Shown: positions 35,490 through 47,923 of the stretch, in pieces | How the letters are laid out: the number at the start of each line of letters is the position of its first letter | Position numbering within the stretch: the stretch's first letter is position 1 | Source of the DNA: Fistulifera solaris | Taxonomy: Eukaryota | Assembly: GCA_030295235.1 (NCBI GenBank) | Contig: AP026128.1 | Location: forward strand, 558,001-622,000 | Length of the DNA stretch: 64,000 bases | Direction of reading: 5' to 3' | Program-made: the position numbers and the translations under genes | The notes under the pieces: model-generated | Told to the model about the DNA's origin: nothing | What the model saw: only the letters and a program-made list of their open reading frames with translations | The model's database searches: none

Positions 35490-36002
35490 ATGTCAGGTAA
35501 GGAATCCGCGTCGAGCGCCGACGCTTGAAGACCGCTAGAAAATCATATCTCACGCTGTTGATTGCTTTCCTCGAAAAAAATGAAAATAGGCAAGGCAAAA
35601 ACAGTTGCAAAGGCTTTGAGCAAGGGAATTTCGAAGAAGGGAACTCGCATTCACACTAAAGTTCACTTCTACAAACCCAAAACTCTTCAACACACGCGAA
35701 AGCCCAAGTATGCCCGAACCAGCGTCCCAAAGAAGAGCACGACGGATAAGTTCGGTATTATCAAGTATCCTTTGACAACAGAATCTTCGATGAAATTGAT
35801 CGAAGACAGCAACACACTGGTTTTCATTGTTGATATCAAAGCCAACAAACGTCAGATCAAGGCGGCTATCCAAGACCTGCACAAAATTGAATGCGAGAAA
35901 GTAAACACTCTCATTACTCCCCGTGGTTTGAAGAAGTGCTACGTCAAATTGACAAAGGATTACGATGCATTGGATGTTGCCAACAGAATCGGAGTAATCT
36001 AA
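35490..36002 (+). CDS. RPL23A: 60S ribosomal protein L23a (uL23)
   Basis: exon 1 ATGTCAG, intron 35497-35589; [38 protein letters not shown]. Confidence 0.97.
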
Positions 36003-36114
36003 AGAATGAATTAGACTTTGATTGAAATTTGTTGCGATCGTATCAAGTGCATGAAGTACTGGTAGTATGTGCGGATATCAAAGTTAATCTGTTGTTATGA
36101 ATACGCCAGAAAAA

Positions 36115-38013
36115 CTACAATCCTTCATCAGTTTCTTTGCGGGCAATCTGATATCCTCGCATCTTGATTACTTCGTCGTCACTCGTTTCGTCTCTGTCGA
36201 AGATCCATCCCTCATTTTTCACTTCTTTGTTGATCGTGATAAGCTCGTCACTTTTCCCCTGTATGACCATAGCACCGTCCAGATCAAGACTTTCGATTAC
36301 GACTGCATCTCCACGAACAATGAGAGTAGAGCGCTTGCTAATCTTTACCTTATCGGGATGAGGAAAAAGGTTTTTCAATTCGCCTGGGCACGTCAAGGAG
36401 CTGGGGTCCAAAACAACAGCCGGTAAAAGGTCAACGTCGATACCCAAATGATTCTCTTTATCGCCTTGTTCCACTCGACATCCAATCGATCGAAGCATCT
36501 TACGGAATGCCCCATACTGGTCGCGTTCGCCGGTGGCTGCCGTACCAGGAGCAATCCCTGCGCTTGCAAAGCTACACCGTCGGGAGTGGCATTCTTCACC
36601 GGTGAAAAGCACAGATCGGCTGGGACGCTCGTGTAACCAACCTTCTTGGCATCTTCTCCTTCCAAAACCGTAGGAAAGTCTTGCATCATACATTCAAGGC
36701 GGGTGGGCTTCTTGAATACAGTTTTGCTTTCGTCCTTGTATTTCGGGTTGACAAATTCCGGCATGATTCCTTTTGTTCGTTCCAGAGCTTTGTGGTACCC
36801 ATCAAGCTGAAAAAGAAGCTGATTGATATTACCTGGAAATGGTGAATACCCCGTTTCTTCGTCATTCACATCACCGTTTGGGCTACCAGTCAGCGCGAAG
36901 AAGAGGGTCGAGTTGGTTGTATTCGACGTTGATTGTTCTACAAAAGTGGAAGTCAGATTGTTGTTCCTCGTGTTGCATCATCTAAGTACTTGTTCGGACT
37001 TACCTCGTCTCGCCCGTTGCTTTGTTTTCTAGCTTTGCAATTCCTCCGATGGCTTGCTTGGCCTTTCTCGGGACTGCCAACGAGTTCATGATCAAGTCCA
37101 TTTTCTTGGACACACCGAGCATCAGTGGAAGCGTGTGAAAAGCTAAACCATTCGTATCCTGAAACAAAATAAGCCATTTAATTCCTTGATCTATCCAATT
37201 TTTTTGCGACACGGTGTCGGTAGAGAAGCTCGTGAATATCACCGTGACCGTGTGGTTTCGTTAACACCTTGAACGGCTCATCGGGATCCCTAGCAATTGT
37301 TGCATCGTTATCCGTAAGAGCAGGAACTCCCTGACCTTGTTGCACAATAGTTATTTGTTCCTTTTCCATGCCAAAATAATTGTTATCCTCCAACAGTTTG
37401 ATAGTTCGATCGTTCGTATCGTTTGAAGTCATTATACACAGCGGAAGTTGCTTTCCGGTGGAGTACTTTGCTGCAAGGACAGGATATAGTTAATGTAATA
37501 CTGCAGGTAGCAAGTCATAGTTGCTGTTTCCGTAGGCAGCGCGATCTGAAAAAACGCAGTGTTAGATAGATCAGAAAAAGGACACCAGTTGAATGGGATC
37601 CTGGAGCTTACCTTGATTCCACTGTATCCGAGTCGTTCGCCAAGCCCACCAGCAACGAGCACAAAACCGATGCAACCAAGTTCCTGCATGCCGATTGCTT
37701 CTGTTTCTTGGTACTCGGTAGTACCAAGTTCAAAGGCTTCTCCTTTCGGTACACTGGGAATCCAACCATCCAGTGGGTTGACTCCATTTCGACTATCCTC
37801 CAACAGTTCTCGGGCTCGCTTTGTATAGCCTAATATTCCGGTCGGATAGGACTCGTCCAATGCTTCCAGTTGACTTGCCAAAGTCTTTCGTGATTCGAGA
37901 CTAGCGTGAGGAAAGTCTTTGAAAAGATGACTTTGCCCTCCCGAATGCAAATTTTGGAGAAGTTCCTGTTGCTTGGGAGATAATTCTTTGATTGACTCTG
38001 CAAAGTCCGTCAT
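36115..38013 (-). CDS. USP: UDP-sugar pyrophosphorylase; several frameshifts
   Basis: FVLVAGGLGERLGYSGIK, KPHGHGDIH, LFQDTN, INVEYNQLDPLLR, YSPFPGNINQL, TRLECMMQDFP; introns 37611-37546 and 37003-36938. Confidence 0.92.
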
Positions 38014-38377
38014 GTTGCTCGTTTATCGATTGAACGTACAAGTGGGGCAAATATCTCGACAAAAGTTTAGCTTTACTTCTCTGTGCCTCTTGCAACGCCA
38101 GGAAACACTCTTTTCGAATCTTTTCTATGGTATTTGATCAAGAAAACGAGTGAGTCGCGTCGAGTGTTTTTATCCTGGTGTGCGTTGCGGACGAGTGCGG
38201 GCGGATGCGGGATGTGGCGGAGGTTTTTTCAACCTCTGCATAAAACTTGTTCATGTCGAATAAGGATCCAAAACCTTCAGAGCTACAACGTGTGATGGTG
38301 ACGTCAAACCGGATGGCATCAAATTAAACTCAAAGTTCTAACCTACTTGTACAGTACGTATCAGCTTTCCATGATTT

Positions 38378-38430
38378 CGTACCACTATAGACTTTAGAGT
38401 AAAGACGTTCGTTTCAGTTTTCAGTCATGA
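38378..38430 (-). repeat. Family A degenerate solo copy
   Basis: reverse complement TCATGACTGAAAA followed about 27 nt later by GTCTATAGTGGTA (box B end). Confidence 0.6.
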
Positions 38431-38490
38431 TGCTGTCTACTGTCTACTCTAGAGAGACTACCTGTACTGTTCAATTGGGACGAATGACGA

Positions 38491-39931
38491 ATGGAAAATA
38501 GAACTCGGAAGCTGGAAAAGAAAAATGCGCACCGAGCACCGAGCACCGAAAAGCTTTTCAGTTTTTCCTGCGTTCATTATGTTCCTTTGGATATTTACTC
38601 GCCTTTCATCTCTCCACCCGTATTTAGAATTCGAGACAAGAGAGGCTTTGACGGGAAATTTGTACCGAACAGGGAACAAATTGCCATCAACAAACAACGG
38701 AGTGGTGAAGAGAAGCATTTGAGACGTCCGATCTGGCTTTTGGCTGCGTCCCTTAACAATGTCCGCTCCATCCCCCACTCTTGTCCTTCTTACGGTGCTA
38801 GTATGTGTGCTCTTCACCGGTTACCAGCGTAAGTGAATCGTGAGAGCTATTATCAAGCGTCACAAAGCGGAATGTGTCAGTGGGTCTGCTTCAATTTTCT
38901 CGCTCTCTGCTGATACCTTTTTCTTTTTAGTTGAGAGAGCAAATGATGCATTAGTTGCGACAACACTGAGAAGAGACGAGTTGTACCCGATTGTCGCCGA
39001 TCAGTGTGAAGCGGATCTAATCCAATTCTGTAGACCATCGCCGCTCAATGCCACTCAGCCTTCCGACGTTGGTGACAGAGCGTTAACGAGCTTGCCTGAG
39101 CTTGAAAGCTTATTACCGGAGTCTTCGTTAAACGACAAACAAGCTGGAGACGCTCCATCGGACCAGCCAGGCGCTGCTCTGATGGTGACCCCGACTCGGC
39201 AGCTCCGCACTACCCCAGTCCACAGCCGCAGTTTGACAGAAGATACGAACTCGGATGGTATCCTATTTCCGTATGAATGTTTGGAGGCGGCTTGGAAAAA
39301 GAATCTCGTTAGTGTGAAATGTAGCACCGCTTTGTTTCAGTTACGAGGCGTTGAAGAGTTGAAGCATCAGCAACAACGCAATTGTGAGACAGCATCCTGG
39401 GTATTCTGGGCCAGTTGGTGTTGGCTTGTTTGCTATTGTGCAGATATTGGTCGCCACTTGTCGATATCGGCGTGCTTTCTTTTCACCTACCGGTTTGTCA
39501 TGTGGGACTTTGTGGTCCAATACCATGGCTACTTCGCTTTCTTATCGTACATCATGGGTTTCGCTACCGGTCACTTCATGACCTTTCTCTTTCTATCTGT
39601 GTTTCTGTTGAACCTGCCCGTGTTCGCGAAAGGGCATGCTAGAAGGCAAGGTGACATCAGCAACGAGGAGGATCAATCCCCAGGCAGCGAACAGGATTGT
39701 ATTACTGGACAAAGTGAAACTCGTGGATGCGCTTGTTGCAAGGCGCCAACTTACTCGGACAATCCATCAGAGCTAGCAGAAAGTTGCTGTGAATGCTGTA
39801 TGGGCTCGGGCGCTTGCCGCGTAGCTTGCGAATCCTGCTGTGACAAAGAATGCTGCAAGACAAGCACTGACGCTACAACCGAGCAAGAAATACTGATTCC
39901 TGCTCTGGTTGTGGGAGAGCGTTCAACATAA
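38491..39931 (+). CDS. hypothetical membrane protein with Cys-rich C-terminus
   Basis: probable intron 38829-38930 (GTAAG..TTTTAG) joins two ORFs; 3-4 hydrophobic segments; CACC..CCECC..C..CESCC..CC tail; start uncertain. Confidence 0.55.
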
Positions 39932-40374
39932 CACGTTGTGGCTGCTTCCTTATGCATGCACAAGGACAAAGAAATAGATGAGTAGCAAAGCATGGCAAGC
40001 CTATCTACAAAAGCAAGTAATTAAAATATGTGCTATTAGCTTCAGCTCCTTTTGCTGTTGAAGAGCACGATATCTTGTCAATCCGACAGAAAACTTGGGA
40101 ACGGACACCCGCAGTTGCCGTCCACGCTTACCTGTTGTTAGAAGTGATGGCGCTCAAAGATGAATTGTAGTGCAGTCAAAGCCTTCCAAACGAATATCAT
40201 TGAACGAAAAGAAAGGAAGATACAGTTTTTGCTTGTATAGTTATAGTCATTTTCTCTATCACATAAAGGATCGGAATGAATCCGGTCAGGACTTATGAGC
40301 TAGCAGCACGATAACTAGTTGCAATTCGTCGCTTTCATTGAAGGACCAAGCAGACGGCAGCTGAACGTATCTGC

Positions 40375-41095
40375 CTATAGAATAATGCACCCGCAATTGT
40401 TCGGCTCGACAGCTTCTTCGCTCACTGCTGGTCGATCGAAGGAAGGTGCCGATTTGACAGTAGGTTTGGAAGCTGACACGGCCTTGGTGGGAGACGGCGG
40501 AGCCGGTGTGGCTGCTGGGGTAACAACAGGCGCAGAGTCTTCCGCTTTTACTTCTTTCACAGCAACTGGAGCGTCAGCTTCTTTTGTAGGAGCGACAGCA
40601 GCAGGTTTGGTCTCTGGTTCATCAACTGGCTCTGGTTCCGGTTCCGGTTGAACCATTGGCTCCGGTTCCGGCTCAGATTCAGGCAGAGCAGGCTCTGGTT
40701 CGGCTTCTGGAACAGCAACTGGCTCTGGTTCGGGTTCGGGGACAGAAACGGGTTCTGGCTCCGGCTCCGAGACAGCGACGGGTTCCGGTTCGGACACAGA
40801 CTCGGGCACGGCAACGGTTTCTGGTTCGGCTACAACCGCAGATTCCGTCTGTGCGGGCTCTTCTGTCGGAACTTCGGCCGCCACCTTGCTATCCGATGCT
40901 TCCGTAATGACTCCCTCATCTTGGGAAGGAATTTCTGGCGTTGTTTCGACCACATCAGACGGTATATCTTCCAAAGTGTCGACCGACTTGATCTCGGTTA
41001 AAGTAGGGCCACTCTCGACCGATTGCGCATCGTTGCCCGGCTTCTTGGCGCCCTTACCTTTGCCTCCTTTTCCTTTTTTTGTTCTTCTTGCCCAT
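40375..41095 (-). CDS. Glu/Pro-repeat disordered protein with basic N-terminus and C-terminal CaaX (CGCIIL)
   Basis: ATG at 41095 gives MGKKNKK if one base is restored in a homopolymer; EPEPEP repeats; ends NNCGCIIL. Confidence 0.7.
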
Positions 41096-41547
41096 TTTAA
41101 AAGATATCCTTCGCTTTCAAGTCGTCGCTGTGCCGATTGACTCACCTCGTAATAAAAATGGTTGCGTTGTCGTTTGTCGATTGATGACACTTGGCGAACG
41201 AACGGCCATCTGCGCAACCATGACCGTGACCAGAGTACACTATGAGATAGAGAGCGCGCGCGATGAAGCTGATGTATAAAACATTTTAACGTCTTTCAAC
41301 GTCCAAAACACATTCATCATAGTCTACAACGAATACAATCGGAAGCGAGCCAGCCTGTCCCTTCCGTTCGTGGTTCGTGACTCGTGACCCACAAGGTGAG
41401 ACGTGACCCGCATTCCCCAAACTCGTGCCACACTCGATCTTTTTCGAAAACAAAAGAACAACAATAACGATAGATTAACTAACATAACAGCGCACTGCTT
41501 CATGTATGGAATGATTGAAACAATAAACGACGACGAGAGGTGAACGG

Positions 41548-43836
41548 ATGAAGCCTATTGCCTTTGTTCGACGTATTTCGGTGTTGTGGTTTCTGTTCAG
41601 CGATCTTCGTTGGACGGATGCATTTCAAATACTAGTGAGATCTTTGTCCGTGGCTCCACGAGAGGTGTCACAAAGGACACGAAGGAAGCTGCTTTTGAAT
41701 GTCAAGAGGCTTGGGGCAGATGATTCATTAACGTCGAACAAAACACAAGCCAACAATTCCTTCCTTTTGGCCGAAAAGACGGAGGAAGATTTCAACGACA
41801 TGTCCGGTTGGGTCACTGGATTGCGTCAATGGCCCTTGATTCCCATAGATATCGAGACGAAGGAAACAAAGTATTACGATTCGTCGAACGAGCAGTCTTC
41901 CGGTGGTTTCCCTTTGACACGGATTCTGAATATGGAAGCACTATTGGCATTTGCGACACGCAAGGGAGAAGAAAGTGAAGTTCCCTCCAAGTTGACGACG
42001 GAAAAAAACGAATTGAATGATGATATCGTAGTTTCTATGGTGACTTCGGTGGAAAACAACACGTCAAACACCTCAAGTGACATACTGGATTTCTCTTTTC
42101 TGGAAGAATTGAGCGCTTGGGACAAGTGGGTCGATGGTCTTCGAGAAAACATTGGAGGTATCCGCAACCAAGGAACGGTACTCAGTCGTTCGAGTGGCTT
42201 TCTGCGGCAGACAACGTCCCGAATCGAGTCTCTTTTGGTAGACGCTTCATCGGTGGTATCACCAAGAACCTTACAGGCCACGTTACGATGGGCGAGCGAA
42301 ACCATTCTCAACCAAACACTGGCGGATCGATTGCTCGAAACGGCCCGTGATATTGCTCTCGATCGTGGTTTAAACATGACAGAGGCAACCGAATCGGCGC
42401 GGGGTACCACGGATTTTACTATCGACCTTGTGACTGTGGCGGATGGAGTTCTGAGAAAAGGATACGTGGAAGGTGATCCTATTCCTCGTAGACGAAACGA
42501 CATTCTTTATGGTATTCCAAGCATTCCTGCATCCCGTGCACTCTTTTCCGACTTTCCGTCGGCGGTCGAGATCAATGTTATGTCACCAGTGATAGTGAAA
42601 GATGCCGAAATGGGAGCGTTGGCAGGAGCTATCTATCAAGAAACGGTACCTAGAACGCAAGCCTTGGGTCAAAATATTGTTGCGCAAGGTGTTTCCGAAG
42701 ACGTCAAATGGATGATCACTGATAGCATTGCAAACGAAACATCATTTACGCTCGCTAAGGGATCAAATGACAAACCATTTCTTGTAAGAACAATAACGAT
42801 TCGGGGTTATGATGCATCCGACGAAGCTGTTGATCGTGAGCGTCTTCTGAACCGCGTGTGTGCAGCGTCGCCGGAGCTGGTGGACGTTGGTGGTGGTGTT
42901 TACTTGCACTCTGGCTTACGAAATATTGCCAAGGCGATTTACAACGACACGAAACAGTACATTGACTGGACAGCTCCCGACTGCAAAATCGTGCTCAATG
43001 GACATTCCATTGGCGGGTCTCTTTCTATTTTGGTTCTATTTGAAATGATTCTAGAAAGAGGATCTGACTATGTCCTGAATAAGATCAAGAAAGTTTATAC
43101 ATACGGGTCTCCACCGATTGCGACATTGGTGACACCTCCCAAAGCACCTCGTCCGGGGGTTTGCTATGTTTTGAATTCCTTTGGTGTACCGTCGTCATTC
43201 GTTTCGTCATACATTCAGCCCTGGGATCCGATTGTTCGACTTTTCTCAGGAATCGATGCATTGTATCCACTGGTTGGAGATCTTGGTACCGATGGTGTTA
43301 CACCATGGGCAAACGGCCCACCCCGCACCTTGCGACCTGTTGTCAAGGCCTTGTTGGAAGCATGGGATGGATGGCCGAGCTTTCGTGCGAATATTCAAGT
43401 AAACTTGAAGCAAAATTATACAATTGTTGGTACTCCGTTCCTTCTTCTACCAGACCCAACTCGCTATCTTGCGGATCGATACTTTTCGGTGAACATTCCA
43501 GTGCCGGCGGTGGAAACGATCCTTCGGTTGTCACCTCATGAAGTATTACCTGCACTTGGCACCCTTTTTGTATTGGACGTTTTCGAATTGAGTTTATTGC
43601 CACAGGCCATCCGTGGATTTGTACATCATTTTTATCCCGCCTACGACAACCCGCTCATCGATTATGCAAGACGGATGTCGCAAAAACCAAAAGAGCCACA
43701 AGTCTCGAGTGTTTCCCTTCTTGAGAAGCAGAAAACTGCCGAATTAGCTGAGCCATTAAGTAAGGTCAAAGTTCCTCCCCGACAGGACAAAACGAGTGGA
43801 TGGCGCGTGGCTACACAATGGTTTCAAGGTGAATGA
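41548..43836 (+). CDS. class-3 lipase (alpha/beta hydrolase) with N-terminal targeting peptide
   Basis: ITIRG, LHSG, VLNGHSIGGSL nucleophile elbow, YTYGSP, DPIVR; TDA-F presequence. Confidence 0.85.
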   Translation: MKPIAFVRRISVLWFLFSDLRWTDAFQILVRSLSVAPREVSQRTRRKLLLNVKRLGADDSLTSNKTQANNSFLLAEKTEEDFNDMSGWVTGLRQWPLIPIDIETKETKYYDSSNEQSSGGFPLTRILNMEALLAFATRKGEESEVPSKLTTEKNELNDDIVVSMVTSVENNTSNTSSDILDFSFLEELSAWDKWVDGLRENIGGIRNQGTVLSRSSGFLRQTTSRIESLLVDASSVVSPRTLQATLRWASETILNQTLADRLLETARDIALDRGLNMTEATESARGTTDFTIDLVTVADGVLRKGYVEGDPIPRRRNDILYGIPSIPASRALFSDFPSAVEINVMSPVIVKDAEMGALAGAIYQETVPRTQALGQNIVAQGVSEDVKWMITDSIANETSFTLAKGSNDKPFLVRTITIRGYDASDEAVDRERLLNRVCAASPELVDVGGGVYLHSGLRNIAKAIYNDTKQYIDWTAPDCKIVLNGHSIGGSLSILVLFEMILERGSDYVLNKIKKVYTYGSPPIATLVTPPKAPRPGVCYVLNSFGVPSSFVSSYIQPWDPIVRLFSGIDALYPLVGDLGTDGVTPWANGPPRTLRPVVKALLEAWDGWPSFRANIQVNLKQNYTIVGTPFLLLPDPTRYLADRYFSVNIPVPAVETILRLSPHEVLPALGTLFVLDVFELSLLPQAIRGFVHHFYPAYDNPLIDYARRMSQKPKEPQVSSVSLLEKQKTAELAEPLSKVKVPPRQDKTSGWRVATQWFQGE

Positions 43837-43916
43837 ACGAGCCTACGATAAACGTTCTACAATATATCACTTCCTGTAACACGTAAAATAATTTTCACTA
43901 TTAGATCACTACTTCT

Positions 43917-44605
43917 TTACGAACTCTTGGATTTCTTCAACTTTGTAAGCAGTCGTCCGACTGCGCTGAAGAATCGCAAACGCTTCGATGGCTTGTACGG
44001 TTGACATTCCGGAAAGGGCAAAGCTTTACCGACACCATAAAAGTAGGCGAATGCACCTCCTAGACCGCCGGTATTCCCAATGCGGCGATCGACCGTGTAA
44101 AAGCCAAACTCCTTGATTTTTCCGTCTTCCGAAAAGTCCATATGCAGCACTTGCGGCGGCAAAATCAACTTTTTTCCGGTGGCCTCAACTCCCATAAAGG
44201 GAGCTTTGTGCACGGATTCGACGCGACTGAAGAACCACACTCGATTGGTTTGCAGAGGATCGACGAGAAATCCAAAAATTGGTTGTCAATATCAAACGAA
44301 TCGGTCAACTTGAAGCTGGCCAACGATTCCAAAAATTCCGTTTTCCCGATAGGCCCAATGACCGGGGCACAAAATTCAAAATCTTCCGCCAAACAATCTC
44401 CATTGTCGACCGTACCGATGGCTATTTCCGGTCCCAAGAGTTCCTTGGCCTTTTGAATCAAATCGGCTGGAGCAATGGGAAATTTGGATTGAGCGAGAAG
44501 GGCGGCTTCGTCCAAGGTCGCTACCGGCGTCGGCTTCACGTTGATGGACGAGAAGGCCCACACGGCTGATGGAAGAAGAGGAAGGATTGTCAAACAGACT
44601 TTCAT
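43917..44605 (-). CDS. plastid-targeted SnoaL/NTF2-like protein (tentative fold); frameshift near 44275
   Basis: VWA-FSS presequence; LAEDFEFCAPVIGP, NRVWFF, ATGKK..LPPQ, GNTGGLGGAF. Confidence 0.6.
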
Positions 44606-45163
44606 GATGTGTAATAACCTTGTGGATTGGCGTCTTTGAAGGATTATTACTCGGAAGATACAATGATAGTCTCGAACGCAATTGTTGCTCGCGCGAAAAC
44701 CTTGTGGAAAATGAGCGAGAGGGAAAAGGGAAAAGAGAAAAGAGAAAAACGCCTGTAATTGGTCTACAGTAACCTTTACAGTACCAAAGCTTTCGAATGA
44801 CGTTGACGTTAGGCGGATGACGTGTCTCACTCGCTCTACTTATTGTACCTGGTACGGTTACAATAGTGGATAAAAAAACGACCTTGAACGAACAAACATC
44901 TCAGATCTAAGGTTTAATAAATCGCTTCATTATTTTAGTTCTTTGTCGATACTCTCTCTACATCCAGACTTCAAAATATTTTGAGATACATTCGTGCTTA
45001 GTCCTATTCCGGGGCAAAATTAACACTGCGTTCCAGTCAAGGAACCATGGCTCGCAAAACGGAAAGAACTTGTCATCTTTACCTTGTAGGATTACGTAAG
45101 GGAGGGAGAAAGCCATGGATTACCGCGTTTCTTCAAAAAGGCGCTAGACCCCACGCAAGCATT

Positions 45164-47228
45164 CTAGCTAAGAGATTGTAAGAATGAACAACCGTTGATG
45201 ACTTTTGTAGTGAGACAAACAATGTGATAGGGAAAACTGGGTCGTTTCGATAAGAACCGAAGAGCGGCCAATTCTGTAAACGTTACACCACCAACGTAAG
45301 TAACAATCAAGACTGGCTTCTTTCCTTTCACTCCGTCGGCTACTTCGGCTTCGGCGAGTGCTCCCAGTGTTCTGCTAGGAGGAGTTTTCAATGCAGAAGA
45401 CAGGTCTCGAGGTGGGCTGTGCTGTTCTACATCGACGATTCTTCCGGGGATTTCACGTAGAATCTCATCTCTTCCATTCCATCCTTTCATCGCCGTCTGG
45501 ATAAGACGCACGCTCAAGGGTGCGTACCCACTGGACACATAGGACACGTCATCGGGTTCTACCGTATCTACCTCTGCATTGATCAGGATCAACGACTTGC
45601 GTAAATTGTTGAACGGGGAAGTCGTGTCAATCCATAGACCGTCCCGCCGGCGAAGTAAACCAGCCTTTTCTAAATTCCCCAAAATGAACAAATATTCATA
45701 TCCGTACGTCTGGATGACATCGCGGCGTAAGCTGTCGTATCGCGAGGACTTAATGCCTCCCGCGCAAAGTGATTGCAAGCACAAAAGTCGAAAAAAAGCG
45801 ATAAGGTGGATATTGACAGGCAACCAGATCGTCCAGCATATCGTAGCACGTATCACCTTCTAAAATAGAACGTTCCATCTGCCACCTTTCTCGAAATGTC
45901 GTCTCTTCGCTTGTATGTTTGACAAGCTCCGCGAGATGTATATGATTCGTCAAAGATCTCAGATTTTGCGTAAAGACAGGGATGTTTTTGACAAATTGGT
46001 GGATTTCGGCCAAGTCTTTCTTCTTGCCCTTGCTAGTAAAGTTGGCATGGGACTCTCGTAAAGCCTTGGCCTGATTTTGAAGGAATGATCCGAACTTCTC
46101 AACATGCTGGTCGCGGACTTCGGCATAGAGAGTGTCTGACCCGTTAACGCCCAGTGAAACGAGTTCCTTCTTCGTTTCCTTCGTTTGGTCTTGCTTGAGT
46201 GCATCGGAATTGTCGTTTGCATCAGAATTAATTGTATTGACATCGAGTGTAATGAATCCACAATCGATTCCTACAACATCATCAAGAAGTCCTTCATACG
46301 TCAATGGGGAAATCATGGGCGTCACCAAATCCACTTTACGATCGATGATAATCAGCGCAGTTACGTCGCCTCCGCTAACCGTTTGTCCCGACTGCTCCTC
46401 GGCACGATCTCTGTCGGCCAAATATTCGTCTACGGTCATACTGGATAGCTTTCGCGCCACTTCCTCGCCAAGTGGTCCATATGCCTGAATGCGAGGTATC
46501 TTGCCGCATACATCTTGCAATTTGAGCAAGCTCCGAGCTACGGTTGTTATGAGAGCACTTGGCGTGCTTTCGACGGCACATTCCCGAAATGCTTCATTGT
46601 ATTCGATCGACAAGACGTCTGTTTCCAGAGGGTATATATCCATCTGCAGGCGATAAATCGAGACATTTGGGGCAGAACTAAGCCCTAGATCTTTCATCAA
46701 TTTGTAAATGATCGCCGTGGGCTGTGGAAGAAAGACGAGTCGATGATGAATTCGAAACGATTTTTTCAAATTCCGAATCCGCTTGGCGACAAGCTGCATT
46801 TGTGAAAGATCCGCTGGTGATAGAAAGTATGTAATGACATCAACATTACCCTCCGTCTCTTCTCCGCCGTGCTCTTGATTCAGAATTTGTGTGCCTACAA
46901 TAGTAATTGATGCTGGTAGAGGGAAAAACAAATGAGCGTCCCAGTTTTTCTTCTTTCCCTGAAACGTTCGCGTATGTGGGTCGGAAAGAACCTGGCGTAA
47001 AAGCAGCGTACGCAAACTTTCTGTTCCAAACACTAAAAGCTGTCGAAAAGAAGACGAAGCAAGCCCTGCTGAAGGATCGGATTGAAGCAGTGTCAAGAGT
47101 TGCTCTTTGTTATCGAGACGGAGCGCCACGGACACTGCTGGCAGCGGATTAAGCGGCGTAGGCGGTGGCAGGATAATTTCAGATTCCTTGTCGGCAACAA
47201 TTCCAGGATTATCCATGTTTGCTAACAT
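45164..47228 (-). CDS. VPS33: Sec1/Munc18 family protein VPS33; frameshift near 45795
   Basis: PLETDVLS, IIIDRKVDLVTPM..LTYEGLLD, LYAEVRD, QTYGYE..L.NLEKAGLL, YV.SGYAPLSVRL, GGVTFTELAALRFL. Confidence 0.92.
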
Positions 47229-47322
47229 TCTAGATACTGTTTTGTTGTTTGTTGTTATGCTTATTGTGCAATGAAAAATGCGGCAGCGTGTCGCGTCTTC
47301 TCACTCCGTATAATCTTTAGTT

Positions 47323-47605
47323 TCCGGGTCCCCTCTGTCGATAAATTTCCTTACGAGGGCTACGTGAAATGCACGTAGGCTTTTCAGGTCGCGCATCTTT
47401 TGTCATTTTTTCTACATTTCGACTTCGACGATGTCGATTACTGATTTCTGGTATCGCTTAGTTGTGTCGGCAATGGTAATGATGGTGTTGATTAGCCGTT
47501 TCACCCGAAAGGGGTGTGGTGAAAATTTGAAATGTCGGGGTGCTAACTACATCGATAAAATCACTACGGAGGCTACTTGATAAGCACGTAGACATTCGAA
47601 GCGTT
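47323..47605 (-). repeat. Family B array, two cores at 214 bp period
   Basis: reverse complement CACGTAGCCCTCGTAAGGAAATTTATCGACAGAGGGGACCCGGA (about 47323-47366) and AACGCTTCGAATGTCTACGTG..GTAGCCTCCGTAG..TTTATCG (47535-47605); GATAAA anchors 47340 and 47554. Confidence 0.85.
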
Positions 47606-47923
47606 AGATCTTCCTTCTTCTTCCCGTGTTATGTTCGAATTGATGTAAAGTATTGCTATTGCTTCTAACGAGCTGTGTTGATGATATTTAAAGTGACTTT
47701 TGCTGAAAAGATACCCACTTATAACTCTCTTGACTAATTGAGGTGATCGAATTTTTTTGAAAGAGTGACGTAAGCATGTATTACGTCAGCATGGCGTCAG
47801 CCTCGCGAAGATTTCGATCTCGGTTTGTCATTCTGACACAGAATGGAGCAACCAGTTTCCACTTTTATACCTTGTGTCTTCCATTGTTTTATTGCTATCC
47901 TTCCCGAACGTCAAACACTCAAC

